Assembly (NCBI GenBank): GCA_964587005.1
Contig: CAZPJW010000003.1
Coordinates: 6,392-70,391 of the forward strand
DNA length: 64,000 bases
Direction of reading: 5' to 3'
Source: Candidatus Woesearchaeota archaeon
GTDB taxonomy: Archaea; Nanobdellota; Nanobdellia; SCGC-AAA011-G17; PNOQ01
Shown here: piece after piece, positions 23,018-32,550 of the stretch
Layout of the letters: each line of letters opens with the position of its first letter
How positions within the stretch are numbered: position 1 is the stretch's first letter
Translations under genes and position numbers: made by a program
The notes under the pieces: generated by a model
The model's input: only the letters and a program-made list of their open reading frames with translations
Database searches by the model: none
What the model was told of the DNA's origin: nothing

Positions 23018-24535
23018 ATGGCTGAAATGAGTATAGAATCTGCTAGAGAGAAGTTGAAAGATAAGAAGACTTCTTTTAAAAAGAAAATTGAAATTAGGCA
23101 GAAACTTATTGAAAAACTAAGAAAAGAAAAACAGGTTAAGTTTTCTGTTGGAGACCCTGTTGAATATAAGATTATTTATGATACTTTTGCTGGTTCTTTG
23201 GAGCCAGTTTATTTTTGGACTTTAGATTTTTTAAGAAATAATAATCCTTCAGGATTGGGATTTGAGGTGGATAAGACTGCTGAAGAATTTGAGGCTACTG
23301 CTGGTGGAGGTTTTTTTGGAGAGTTAGGTTCAAGGGCTACTGTGATGCAGGAAAGGGGAATGAAAATATTAGAAACGGTTAATGCGGTTTTGAGAACAAT
23401 TATTAATTTAATTTATGATTTGAAAGAGTTTGAAATGAGATTGAATGCTTATGATGATGCGAATTCTGAAGATAAACAAAGAAAGGATGCTGGAGAGTAT
23501 TCTTTGAAAGGAATTTGGATGGATCAAGTTGATGTTAAAACAGGCTTAGGAAGTATTAATCAATTGACAAGGGGAGATTTACAATTTGTTACTTTGAGAG
23601 ATGCATTTATGCAGGCTAGAGTTTATAAGAAAAAGGATGGCTCTTTTAACAAGTCTAAAACTTTCAAGGATATAGGTGAAAGTGAAAAAGAAGGAATGGA
23701 TTTGAATAGAAGAGTTAAGGTTTTGTTAAAGAAAAAACTTGAAGAATATTTGAATTGGAGAGAGGCTAGTGAAAAAGAGCTGAAGAAAAGATTTGAGATA
23801 GAAAAAAATTATTTGAAAGCACAAGTTGATAGTTTGAAGTTGTATACTACGTGGGCAAAGCCTTATTTGAGGGCGGCCCAGAAATTAGGAATGAAAGAAT
23901 TTAAGACGGGTAGAGATTTGCCTGTTCCGGATATGGTTACAGCGTTTAATAGTATGCAAATGAATTTGAAATTGTTGGGCAGAAAAGAGTTTAAACCTAC
24001 GAAGGTCCATCCTTCTTTTGATAAATTTGATTTTGGAAAGAAATACTATTCATGCATTGAAGTAGAGTTTTTGTATAGGTCTGCTCCACAAGTGGTAAAA
24101 CAAGGGCAGAGCCAACATTATACCCACATGGGCACTGTTGAAGTTTGTTTTAAGGCGTTTGTTTTTGATGATAGGGATTTAGAAGATATTTATGCTCAAG
24201 AGGTTTATGAAGATATGGCTTTAGTTGAAGAATTAACTGAGACCTCTTTGAATGATTTGCAAGAAGATATAGAAAGATATATTTACCCGGATGAAAAAAA
24301 AGAAGAAGAGGATAATGGTCAGGACCTATTTAGTGGAATTTTGGGTGGTTTTAGTAGTTTGAAAAAAGTCTCTAAGTTTCCTAGTAAGATTATGAAACTT
24401 GGTCCTTCTGGAAAAAGAAATGCTGGAAGTTATGAAAAGAAAAAAGTTGTTCAAGAAGCTGGTGATAGTGCAAGAGATAGTTGTTATGTTTTATATGATG
24501 TTTTTAAGAAGTCACATGGAATGGTAACATGGTAG
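23018..24535 (+). CDS. Hypothetical protein (505 aa), start-coupled to the downstream Nfo-like gene
   Basis: No recognisable motifs; its stop overlaps the next start within ATGGTAG; charged coiled-coil segments. Confidence 0.3.
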   Translation: MAEMSIESAREKLKDKKTSFKKKIEIRQKLIEKLRKEKQVKFSVGDPVEYKIIYDTFAGSLEPVYFWTLDFLRNNNPSGLGFEVDKTAEEFEATAGGGFFGELGSRATVMQERGMKILETVNAVLRTIINLIYDLKEFEMRLNAYDDANSEDKQRKDAGEYSLKGIWMDQVDVKTGLGSINQLTRGDLQFVTLRDAFMQARVYKKKDGSFNKSKTFKDIGESEKEGMDLNRRVKVLLKKKLEEYLNWREASEKELKKRFEIEKNYLKAQVDSLKLYTTWAKPYLRAAQKLGMKEFKTGRDLPVPDMVTAFNSMQMNLKLLGRKEFKPTKVHPSFDKFDFGKKYYSCIEVEFLYRSAPQVVKQGQSQHYTHMGTVEVCFKAFVFDDRDLEDIYAQEVYEDMALVEELTETSLNDLQEDIERYIYPDEKKEEEDNGQDLFSGILGGFSSLKKVSKFPSKIMKLGPSGKRNAGSYEKKKVVQEAGDSARDSCYVLYDVFKKSHGMVTW

Positions 24536-26457
24536 ATAGATTTCATAAGGATGTTCAAGAGAATATGGATAGTTCTAATTCTATGAAGTTTGGAGATTTA
24601 AGTTGGACTACTAATCCTCAAAGTGCCAATCAATTGGCAGAGTTAGGTAAGAGATTAAATGAGGGAGTTAAGAATGTGGAAGTGGGTGCTTTGAGTCAAC
24701 AAGTTTTTGATGCAATTCCTCAGCAACATTTTGAAGAAATGAGAAGGCTTTCTAAAATGGGCGGCGTTGGTTTAACTATGCATGCCCCTTTGACTGATCC
24801 CGCAGGTTTTTCAGAAAGAGGTTGGGCAGAACATAGTAGGAATTTGGCTGGGCAAGAATTTAAGGATGTTGTTGATAGGGCACATAAGCTTAGCCCAGAT
24901 GGGAAAATGACAGTTAATTTTCATTCATCTGGCGGAGGTATTGCTGCCACAGTTTGGGAGAAGAAAGAAAAAGGGAAACCTGAAGAAAAACAATTTATTT
25001 CTGCAGTTAATACAAGAACTGGTGAGATTAAACCAATTCAACGAGATAAGATGGATTGGTTAACTGGGGAAAAGATAATGACTCCTCAAGATAAGTTAGA
25101 TAATCTAAATAACGTTTCTTGGGATCAAGATATTATGCAAGTAATGTCTATGAAACACCAAAAAGATGAAATTGATAATCAACAGATGAAATGGAGAACT
25201 CAAACTCCTCAAGGTTTACAGTTGCTTGAGTTGGAAATGAAAAAAAAGAAGGGAAGGATTACGGGGCAAGAAGAAAAATTGAGAAATGAATTGCTTTCGG
25301 AAGATAAATTTTTTGAAGCCCATAAAGAGGAAATTAATCAAGTTATGATGAGTCAGTTAAATAGTTTGTATAATGATTATAAGCATTACGCTGAATCCAA
25401 AGCAAAAGATGTAGAAGAGAATAGAGATTATCATGATAAAAATTTAAAAATGTTTGGGAAAATTAAGAAAAAGTATGCAGAAAGAAATAAATATATGAAT
25501 GAGAGACTTAAAACGGAAGATAAGAAATTTAAGGAATGGATTGTAAAAAATCCAAATGTTTCAACGGAAGAAATATTAGAAAAACAGGCTAGTATCCGTG
25601 AGGATGTGTTTAGAAAAGCTAAGGAAAAGGGATTGGATATTTCTCCAGAACGATTAAGTTTAATGTTGAAAAATATTGAAGCGCCCGAAAGGTTTAGGCC
25701 TGCAGATGATGTGGCTAGAGAAAAGGCCGCAGAAACTTTTGCTGATGTTGCTTTGCACGCACATGAAAAATATGGCGATAAGGCGCCCCTAATTGCTATT
25801 GAAAATGTTTATCCTGAATGGACCTTGTCTAGAGCAGAGTCTTTGAAGGGAATGGTTGGGGATTCTAAGAAATTACTTGTTAAGAAGTTAAAGGAAAAGG
25901 GAATTGGTGAAGGTGAAGCAAAAAGAATTGCTGAAACTAAAATGGGAGTTACTTGGGATCTTGGGCATATCAATCAATTAAGGAAGTATGGATTTACCAA
26001 AGAAGATATTGTTAAGGAAGCTGAAAAGATAGGGAAACATGTAAAACATATTCATATTACAGATAATTTTGGTTATTCTGATAGTCATTTAGCTCCAGGA
26101 ATGGGAAATGTTCCAATAAAAGAGCAACTTGAAGCCATTGAAAAGAAAGTTGGAAAAGATGAATATAGAAGAATGAAAGGAGTTATTGAGGGCGGAGGGA
26201 TGTTTCAACAATTTCAAGCTAATCCTGTTCCGTATACTATGGATGAGGGGGCGTTTAATAGCCCATTTTATACTTATGATGGTCCAAGTTGGGGTGATGT
26301 GAAAGATTTGTATTCGTCTTATATGTTTGGATTTGGAGATGTTTTGCCAGATGTTCATTTCAAAACCCAGGGGGCAGGATTTTCGATGTTACCCAAGGAG
26401 TTGGGTGGTGGAGGTGGTGGCGGAGATAAAGGGAGATTTGCGGATCAGAATCAATAA
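24529..26457 (+). CDS. Endonuclease IV (Nfo)/xylose-isomerase-like TIM-barrel protein with a large coiled-coil insertion
   Basis: Nfo-like metal-ligand blocks appear in the expected order: MHAPL, VNFHSSGG, then a ~300-aa K/E-rich insertion, then LIAIENVYPE, GVTWDLGHINQL, HIHITDNFG..DSHLAPGMGNVPI; poly-Gly C-terminus. Confidence 0.55.
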   Translation: MVDRFHKDVQENMDSSNSMKFGDLSWTTNPQSANQLAELGKRLNEGVKNVEVGALSQQVFDAIPQQHFEEMRRLSKMGGVGLTMHAPLTDPAGFSERGWAEHSRNLAGQEFKDVVDRAHKLSPDGKMTVNFHSSGGGIAATVWEKKEKGKPEEKQFISAVNTRTGEIKPIQRDKMDWLTGEKIMTPQDKLDNLNNVSWDQDIMQVMSMKHQKDEIDNQQMKWRTQTPQGLQLLELEMKKKKGRITGQEEKLRNELLSEDKFFEAHKEEINQVMMSQLNSLYNDYKHYAESKAKDVEENRDYHDKNLKMFGKIKKKYAERNKYMNERLKTEDKKFKEWIVKNPNVSTEEILEKQASIREDVFRKAKEKGLDISPERLSLMLKNIEAPERFRPADDVAREKAAETFADVALHAHEKYGDKAPLIAIENVYPEWTLSRAESLKGMVGDSKKLLVKKLKEKGIGEGEAKRIAETKMGVTWDLGHINQLRKYGFTKEDIVKEAEKIGKHVKHIHITDNFGYSDSHLAPGMGNVPIKEQLEAIEKKVGKDEYRRMKGVIEGGGMFQQFQANPVPYTMDEGAFNSPFYTYDGPSWGDVKDLYSSYMFGFGDVLPDVHFKTQGAGFSMLPKELGGGGGGGDKGRFADQNQ

Positions 26458-26498
26458 TTTTTTAAAGGTTAAAAATAAATTTGAGAGTAGGTGATTAA

Positions 26499-27407
26499 TT
26501 GGTAACGAAAAAAAAGAAGAGGAGTGTAAAAAAAGTTCCTAGTCCGGGCAAGAAAACTGGCAAATTAGAAAAGGCTCCTAAGCCCGGGAAAAGAAGTAAA
26601 AGATTGAAAACTGATAAAGATATTGCCTATGATTTTTCTTTAAAGGCTTATGAAGAATTTAAAGAGGTAATTAAGTCCGTAGTTCTTTTTGGAAGTGTTG
26701 CTAAAAATACTGCAAAAAAAGGAAGCGATATTGATATAGTTATAATTATTGATGATTGTGTTATTAATTGGGATCAGGAATTGATTGCTTGGTATAGACA
26801 AGAATTAAAAGAATTGATTGAAAAACAAAGCTATGCTGAAAGAATTCATTTAACCACTGTTACTTTGAGTGCATTTATGGAAGAAGTTAGAATTGGAGAG
26901 CCAGCTGTTATTAATATGATTAGATATGGTGAGACAATTTTAGATTATGGTGGTTTTTTTAATCCCATGAAAGTTTTATTAGCTAAGGGAAAAATTAGAC
27001 CAACTGCTGAGTCTATTTTTGTTGCTTTACGGAGAGCTCCGATGCACATAGCTAAAGCTAAGGTTGGTATTGTTGCAAGCATTGAGAATATTTATTGGAG
27101 CATGGTAGATAGTGCACATGCTGCTTTGATGGCGGCAGGACATGTTCCTCCGAGTCCAGAATATGTTAGCGAATTACTACAGAAAGTTTTTATTAGTAAT
27201 AAGAAATTGGATAAGAAATATATTTCTTGGTTTAATGAAATGTATACTTTAACTCACGATATTATGCATGGTAATGTTAAATATTTGAATGGTAAAGAAA
27301 TTGATTTATATTTAGATAGAGCTGAAGAATTTGAAAGGGTTATGCGAAAAATAACTACTAATTATATAGATAATGAAAAAATAATAAAAATAGAAAAAAG
27401 AAATTAA
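26499..27407 (+). CDS. Minimal nucleotidyltransferase (Pol β-type) fused to a HEPN-like helical domain
   Basis: LFGSVAKNTAKKGSDIDIVIIID NTase signature (GS...DxD); C-terminal domain with RRAPMH (Rx4H) and AHAALMAAGHVPPSPE; paralog of the 36507–38297 ORF. Confidence 0.55.
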   Translation: MVTKKKKRSVKKVPSPGKKTGKLEKAPKPGKRSKRLKTDKDIAYDFSLKAYEEFKEVIKSVVLFGSVAKNTAKKGSDIDIVIIIDDCVINWDQELIAWYRQELKELIEKQSYAERIHLTTVTLSAFMEEVRIGEPAVINMIRYGETILDYGGFFNPMKVLLAKGKIRPTAESIFVALRRAPMHIAKAKVGIVASIENIYWSMVDSAHAALMAAGHVPPSPEYVSELLQKVFISNKKLDKKYISWFNEMYTLTHDIMHGNVKYLNGKEIDLYLDRAEEFERVMRKITTNYIDNEKIIKIEKRN

Positions 27408-27409
27408 AT

Positions 27410-28102
27410 TTATTGTTTTTCTAGGTCTAGTTTGTCTAAGTATAGTTTTGCTGTCATAAATGCCCTATCTTCTGGTTTTTCTACACCCATTAATGTTTGA
27501 GTTGTAGATCTTGCTAGATAGTCTTTAGTTTTTCCAGCTCCTGACAGTGCTTCTTTCATACTTTCGACTCTTTCATTTGCTAGTATTGTTCCAAAGTGAG
27601 TTAGGAATACTTCACTTCCTGGACCCCTACTTGCTTCTGCAAAAGATCTTTCCCAACCTTCTGGTGCATAATTGGTTGCGAATTGTCCTAAAATATTAGT
27701 GTCTTTTTCAGTTAACCCACGTGCTAATTTTCTATATTCATCGTGATCTTGTGTTACTTGTGGTTTTTCGTAATCTGAAACGGGTGCAAGTACTTTTAGT
27801 TTACCTAGTGCTTCATCAAAATTATCGGTTGATTTTGCTTTTGCTACTTTACCTATTAATGCTTCATCAGTTATACCAACTAGTTCTTCTAGTTTTTTTG
27901 GAACGGCATCTGCTACAAACGCAACTCTTTCCCTTTTTAGAGTTCCTCTACCTTGTGTAAAATGGTTTTCGGGTAATCCATAAATATTTTCCCCATTTAA
28001 AGCAGCACCAATTTCGTCTGATGTGGCTTTCTCTGAATCTTGAGAAGCTTCATAAAATAGGTCGAATGCTTTTGCAATTGGATCGTATTGTGTTAATGTC
28101 AT
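27410..28102 (-). CDS. Hypothetical protein
   Basis: 230 aa, no recognisable motif, relatively GC-rich codons. Confidence 0.3.
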   Translation of the reverse strand: MTLTQYDPIAKAFDLFYEASQDSEKATSDEIGAALNGENIYGLPENHFTQGRGTLKRERVAFVADAVPKKLEELVGITDEALIGKVAKAKSTDNFDEALGKLKVLAPVSDYEKPQVTQDHDEYRKLARGLTEKDTNILGQFATNYAPEGWERSFAEASRGPGSEVFLTHFGTILANERVESMKEALSGAGKTKDYLARSTTQTLMGVEKPEDRAFMTAKLYLDKLDLEKQ

Positions 28103-28158
28103 TTTGTATTTTCCCCCTTTAATGTTACTACTTCATTGTAATTACTATTATATAAAGG

Positions 28159-30471
28159 TTATGATTTAGGCCTAGAAGGCTCAGAATGCCCAGATTTTTC
28201 AGTTTCAGAGACTAACTTTCTTATTTTCGTGATAGAATCTAAGTTTACAGAAAGAGAATCAATTCCTATTTCTACTAAGTATTTTGCCATATCTTCATTT
28301 GATGCCGCTTGTCCACAGATGCTAGAAGTTACTTTATACATTTTTGCTGTTTTTACTACTTTTTTTATTAATCTTAATACTGAGGGGTGCATTTCATTGT
28401 ACAATTCTTGGATTTCTGCATTATTTCTGTCTATTCCTATTGTGAATTGAGTTAGGTCATTTGAACCAATACTTACGAAGTTTACTCCTTCGTCTTTACA
28501 GATTTCGTGAATTATGAAGCAAGCTGCTGGAGTTTCAATCATTACTCCAAGATCTATGTCTTCCATGTTCATATCTTTTAAGATTTCTTTTGTTTTTTTT
28601 ATTTGTTCTAAATGTGAAATCATTGGAAGCATTATTGCAATTTCTTTATATCCTTTTTCTCTTAGTTCTTTGACTGCTTTTAATTCTGCTTTGAATAGTT
28701 TTAGTTCTTTTAGTGATTTTCTTATTCCGTGAAGGCCCATCATTGGGTTGGATTCATCTGGTTCTTGATCTCCGCCTTCAAGTTCTCTATATTCGTCTGT
28801 TCTTATGTCTGAAGTTCTTATCCAAACTGGTTTGTCTTTAAAATAATGTACAGTTTTTTCTATTTCTCTTACTAACATTTCGGTATATTCATCTTCTCTG
28901 TTTTCTCTTATGTATTTCATTGGGTGGATTTTATTTTGACCTATGATAAATTCAAGTCTCATTAATCCAATTCCGTCTGGTTTGAATTGAGAAGCTTTTT
29001 CTGCTATTTCTGAAATGTCTAAGTTTACTTTTATTTTTGTTTTGGTTTCAGGTATTTCTGTTGGAACTTCTAGTTCTTGTCTTTTTTCAATTTTTGTTAG
29101 TCCTTCGTAGACTTTTCCAGTTGTACCATCAACAGTTATTTCATCACCATCTTTTAGTTTTGCAGTTGCTTCTTTTGATCCCACTATTGCAGGAATTCCC
29201 ATTTCTCTACTGACTATTGCTGCATGAGAAGTCATTCCCCCTTCGTCAGTTAGGATTGCTGAAGCTTTTTTCATTGCTGAAACATAATCTGGATTTGTCA
29301 TTTCGGCTACTAAGACATCTCCTTCTTGGATTTTTTGTAAATCATCTATTGATTTGACTATTTTTACTTTTCCAGAACCAATTCCTGGAGATGCAGGTTG
29401 TCCTTCAAGAATTTGATTTTTACCTTCAAACTTTTCTTCACTTTTTTCAATATTGTCTATTTTTTTTACTGTTGTTATTGGTCTGGCTTGAAGTAGGAAT
29501 AATTTATTATCATCTATTGCAAATTCCATGTCTTGTGGTGTTTTATAATATTCTTCTACTTTTATTGCAAGTTGTGCGATATTTCTTATTTCTTGTTCGG
29601 TTAGAACTTGGGAAGTTGCTTTTTCATCGTTTAGAATTCTTTTTGTTGTTCTTCCAGTATTTTGATCTCTGAATAATAACCACTCTTTTTTGTTTACTTT
29701 TATGTCTGTTATTCTTAAGTCTTCTTTATCAATAGTATATTTATCTGGAGAGATTGATCCAGAGACTACTGCGTCACCCAGTCCAAAGGAAGCTTCTATG
29801 ATTACTTCTTTTTCGTTAGTACTTGGATTTATTGAGAACATTACTCCTGCTTTTGATGAGTCAATCATCTTTTGGACTACTACTGCTATATTTACTTTAG
29901 AATGTTCGAAATTGTTTTTTACTCGATAGTATATTGCTCTTGATGTGTATAATGATGCCCAACATTGGTGGATTGCTTGGATTACTTGTTCATTTCCTCT
30001 AATATTTAGGTATGTTTCTTGTTGTCCGGCGAATGATGCTTCGGGCAAATCTTCTGCGGTTGCGGAAGATCTTACTGCTACAAATGAATTTTCTCTTCCT
30101 GCTTTTATGAAATTTAATACTTCCGGGGCTTTGTTGATTAAATCGTTATTTACGTTTAGGTTTGAATATGCTTCAATTATTTCTTTTTTTATGTCATTTG
30201 GAATTTGATATGATAGAATTTTGTCTTGAATTTTTTCTGCTGTGTTTTTTAATTCTGATGCGTTTTCTACATCTAAATCCTTTAGGAGATTTGTTATTTC
30301 GGTTTGGATTCCGGATTCTTGAAGAAATTTTACGTATGCATCTGCAGTAACTACAAATGCATTTGGTACTGGGAACTCTGCATTATACATTTCTCCCAGG
30401 TTTGCTCCTTTTCCACCTACTTCTATTATTCTATCTTTAGAAATCTCTTTTAGCCAAAGTATATTTTTCAT
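28159..30471 (-). CDS. ppsA: Phosphoenolpyruvate synthase (pyruvate, water dikinase)
   Basis: N-terminal GGKGANLGEM, phospho-His domain GGMTSHAAIVSREMGIPAIVG, and a C-terminal PEP-utilising TIM barrel. Confidence 0.9.
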   Translation of the reverse strand: MKNILWLKEISKDRIIEVGGKGANLGEMYNAEFPVPNAFVVTADAYVKFLQESGIQTEITNLLKDLDVENASELKNTAEKIQDKILSYQIPNDIKKEIIEAYSNLNVNNDLINKAPEVLNFIKAGRENSFVAVRSSATAEDLPEASFAGQQETYLNIRGNEQVIQAIHQCWASLYTSRAIYYRVKNNFEHSKVNIAVVVQKMIDSSKAGVMFSINPSTNEKEVIIEASFGLGDAVVSGSISPDKYTIDKEDLRITDIKVNKKEWLLFRDQNTGRTTKRILNDEKATSQVLTEQEIRNIAQLAIKVEEYYKTPQDMEFAIDDNKLFLLQARPITTVKKIDNIEKSEEKFEGKNQILEGQPASPGIGSGKVKIVKSIDDLQKIQEGDVLVAEMTNPDYVSAMKKASAILTDEGGMTSHAAIVSREMGIPAIVGSKEATAKLKDGDEITVDGTTGKVYEGLTKIEKRQELEVPTEIPETKTKIKVNLDISEIAEKASQFKPDGIGLMRLEFIIGQNKIHPMKYIRENREDEYTEMLVREIEKTVHYFKDKPVWIRTSDIRTDEYRELEGGDQEPDESNPMMGLHGIRKSLKELKLFKAELKAVKELREKGYKEIAIMLPMISHLEQIKKTKEILKDMNMEDIDLGVMIETPAACFIIHEICKDEGVNFVSIGSNDLTQFTIGIDRNNAEIQELYNEMHPSVLRLIKKVVKTAKMYKVTSSICGQAASNEDMAKYLVEIGIDSLSVNLDSITKIRKLVSETEKSGHSEPSRPKS

Positions 30472-30655
30472 TTTTACCTCTTTTAATTTTGGAAGGTTTA
30501 GAATTTTATAAAGGTTTTGTTAATTAAAAAGAAAAAGAGAATTATTCTGTATCGTCGTCCGGATCTGAACAGGTCATTTTTCCGCCAAGCTCTGCCCCAT
30601 CATCAAATTTTATTGGTTCCATTGGTATCACCTCTTTATTTGTAGATATGATTAT

Positions 30656-30898
30656 TTATATTTGTTTTGGTGTTTTTTTTAATATTGTTAAAGCAACTAT
30701 TCCTAGTACAAAAACAGACATTATTAGTAATATGGGAAGTTTGTCTTGTGTTGGTGAAAATTTGTATATTTGTTTTGAGTCTTCTCCAGGCGAGAATTTT
30801 GCTTCTGTGTTTGTGGGCAGGTTTGAGCTTAAAATTATACTGGTAAGTAAAGTTAGTAAAATGAGACTTGATAATAGTATGGTTGTGGTTGCTTTCAA
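30656..30898 (-). CDS. Small secreted/membrane-anchored protein (signal peptide plus C-terminal TM anchor)
   Basis: N-terminal hydrophobic signal; C-terminal LPILLIMSVFVLGIVALTILKK anchor followed by basic residues. Confidence 0.3.
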   Translation of the reverse strand: MKATTTILLSSLILLTLLTSIILSSNLPTNTEAKFSPGEDSKQIYKFSPTQDKLPILLIMSVFVLGIVALTILKKTPKQI

Positions 30899-30947
30899 TA
30901 TATCACCTGATTAGTTTCTGATTTAGGTTTTTTTAAGTATTTTGGTT

Positions 30948-31463
30948 TTAAGAAATCTCTATTCCAACCTTACCAGCTATTCTTGGCTTTGTTTTTGTTA
31001 ATGCTTTTTTTGCAAATTCAACCCCGTCTTCAGGAACACATACGGTTAGTATTGTTTTTCCAGGTTTTAGTTGAGCTGCTGTTCCCATTGCTTTTCCAAA
31101 TGAGTGCTTCATTCCAGATTGCATTCTATCTGCTCCAGCACCGGTAAGCATCTTATTTTCTCTAAGAACATGGTGCGGAAATTGATTTATTGTGAATTTG
31201 TATCCTTTTGCTCCGAATCTAGCTTGTAATTGTCTATTTACTAGAGTTCTGCAAGATTCTAAAGAATTATGTCTAAGTTGGAATTTTTCTTTTGAAATCA
31301 ATTTTACTTTTTTTGGGAATTCTTTTTTTAAATCTCCCATGTTGTATTTAACTATCTTTCTTGCTGGCACTACTTTTATGAAACCTTTTTTCTTATATTT
31401 AGAGTTTCTTGTGTATGCTCTTGTTGTTTTCTTGTATGCATTTCCTTTTCTTAGTTGTGCCAT
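30948..31463 (-). CDS. rpl10e: 50S ribosomal protein L10e (uL16)
   Basis: MAQLRKGNAYKK...RFGAKGYKF...KMLTGAGADRMQ matches L10e/L16. Confidence 0.85.
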   Translation of the reverse strand: MAQLRKGNAYKKTTRAYTRNSKYKKKGFIKVVPARKIVKYNMGDLKKEFPKKVKLISKEKFQLRHNSLESCRTLVNRQLQARFGAKGYKFTINQFPHHVLRENKMLTGAGADRMQSGMKHSFGKAMGTAAQLKPGKTILTVCVPEDGVEFAKKALTKTKPRIAGKVGIEIS

Positions 31464-31465
31464 TT

Positions 31466-31723
31466 TTATTCAATTTTAACTTTTGTTCCTATTGCTTGTC
31501 CAGGAAGACCTTTTTCAAATTTTACTCTTACAGCGCCTTTATTGCCGTGTTCTTTTGTAATTGTACCTTTTATTTCTTTTTTTGTTGGTGTTACCCAAGT
31601 TACTGTTTTTTTTAAGAGTTCTTTAGCTTTTTCTTTAGTTTCTATTTCTTTTACTTTAATGATCATCTGATTGGGATGTTGCGTTTTGTGGGATCCCCTG
31701 TAATTTATAATTGTACCTTCCAT
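31466..31723 (-). CDS. rpl35ae: 50S ribosomal protein L35Ae (eL33)
   Basis: 85 aa; YRGSHKTQHPNQ...HGNKGAVRVKFEKGLPGQAIG pattern typical of L35Ae. Confidence 0.75.
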   Translation of the reverse strand: MEGTIINYRGSHKTQHPNQMIIKVKEIETKEKAKELLKKTVTWVTPTKKEIKGTITKEHGNKGAVRVKFEKGLPGQAIGTKVKIE

Positions 31724-31858
31724 ATTAAGAATTTGTGGCGATGTTTGGTTTATAAAAGTTTCTACGTGGATTTTTAGAAATGGAGTTTTTGTTATTATTG
31801 TTTGGTAGTTAAAATAGGAAGACTTATAAACAGTAAGATTTTTTATATTTTTATAAAA

Positions 31859-32539
31859 ATGACAACAATTTTAGGTTTAAAGGCTGCAAAAGGAAAATCG
31901 GGCATAATTATGGCTTCCGATTTGCAAGGTACTGCAGGTGATGAGAAGACTCTTACTAGGAAATTATATGTAAATGAGATAGGGGATAGTGTTGCAGGTG
32001 TTGCTGGAATTTATGATGCTATGTTTAGAGATTTTTTGGGAGAATTTGTTTCTGGAAAGTATGATATTGAAAGAATTGTAAAGAAAGGTGAATTTCCCCA
32101 ATTGAGAAAGATGAATATTGCTAGATGGGAAGGTAGAGAGCCCTCTAATGAAAAAGGATTTAACAGCATGTTATTAGGTACTAATATTGGAGGCAATCCA
32201 GAATTGTTTACTTGTTGGCCTCTTGGTTTAGTTGAGCCAAGGACTAATTGCTATATAGGGAGTGGTTCTAAGTTTGTTCAAGATTATTGGTTGGGTAAAT
32301 CTATTGTTGCTGATGCTGAGCAAGGAGCCCCAGTATTGGATCCAGACCATTTGAGTTTGGATGAAGGTATTGATTTGGCAGAAAAGGCCCTGGGGTTTGC
32401 ATCAAAGGATCTGTATTCAGTTGGTTTTGATATAGTTGTTATTGCTGATGAGATTTTTGAAGCTCCTGAATTGCATGAAGAATCAAATTTGGCTAGAAAT
32501 AGAGCCATAAAAAAGATTAAGAAAAAGATAAACAATTAA
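31859..32539 (+). CDS. Proteasome β-subunit/HslV-like Ntn hydrolase with no propeptide (Met-Thr-Thr N-terminus)
   Basis: MTTILGLKAAKGKSGIIMASDLQGTAGD with Thr directly after the initiator Met, as in HslV; a Lys near position 33–35, AGVAG and GSGS motifs; the ORF track start at 31802 is probably an over-extension. Confidence 0.5.
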   Translation: MTTILGLKAAKGKSGIIMASDLQGTAGDEKTLTRKLYVNEIGDSVAGVAGIYDAMFRDFLGEFVSGKYDIERIVKKGEFPQLRKMNIARWEGREPSNEKGFNSMLLGTNIGGNPELFTCWPLGLVEPRTNCYIGSGSKFVQDYWLGKSIVADAEQGAPVLDPDHLSLDEGIDLAEKALGFASKDLYSVGFDIVVIADEIFEAPELHEESNLARNRAIKKIKKKINN

Positions 32540-32550
32540 TTTTTATTTCT

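Noticed and set aside
30545-30625. 26-aa minus-strand ORF (MEPIKFDDGAELGGKMTCSDPDDDTE) in the ppsA upstream region
   Set aside because: It is too short and has no recognisable motif. It could be a real acidic micro-protein, but it cannot be supported from sequence alone.
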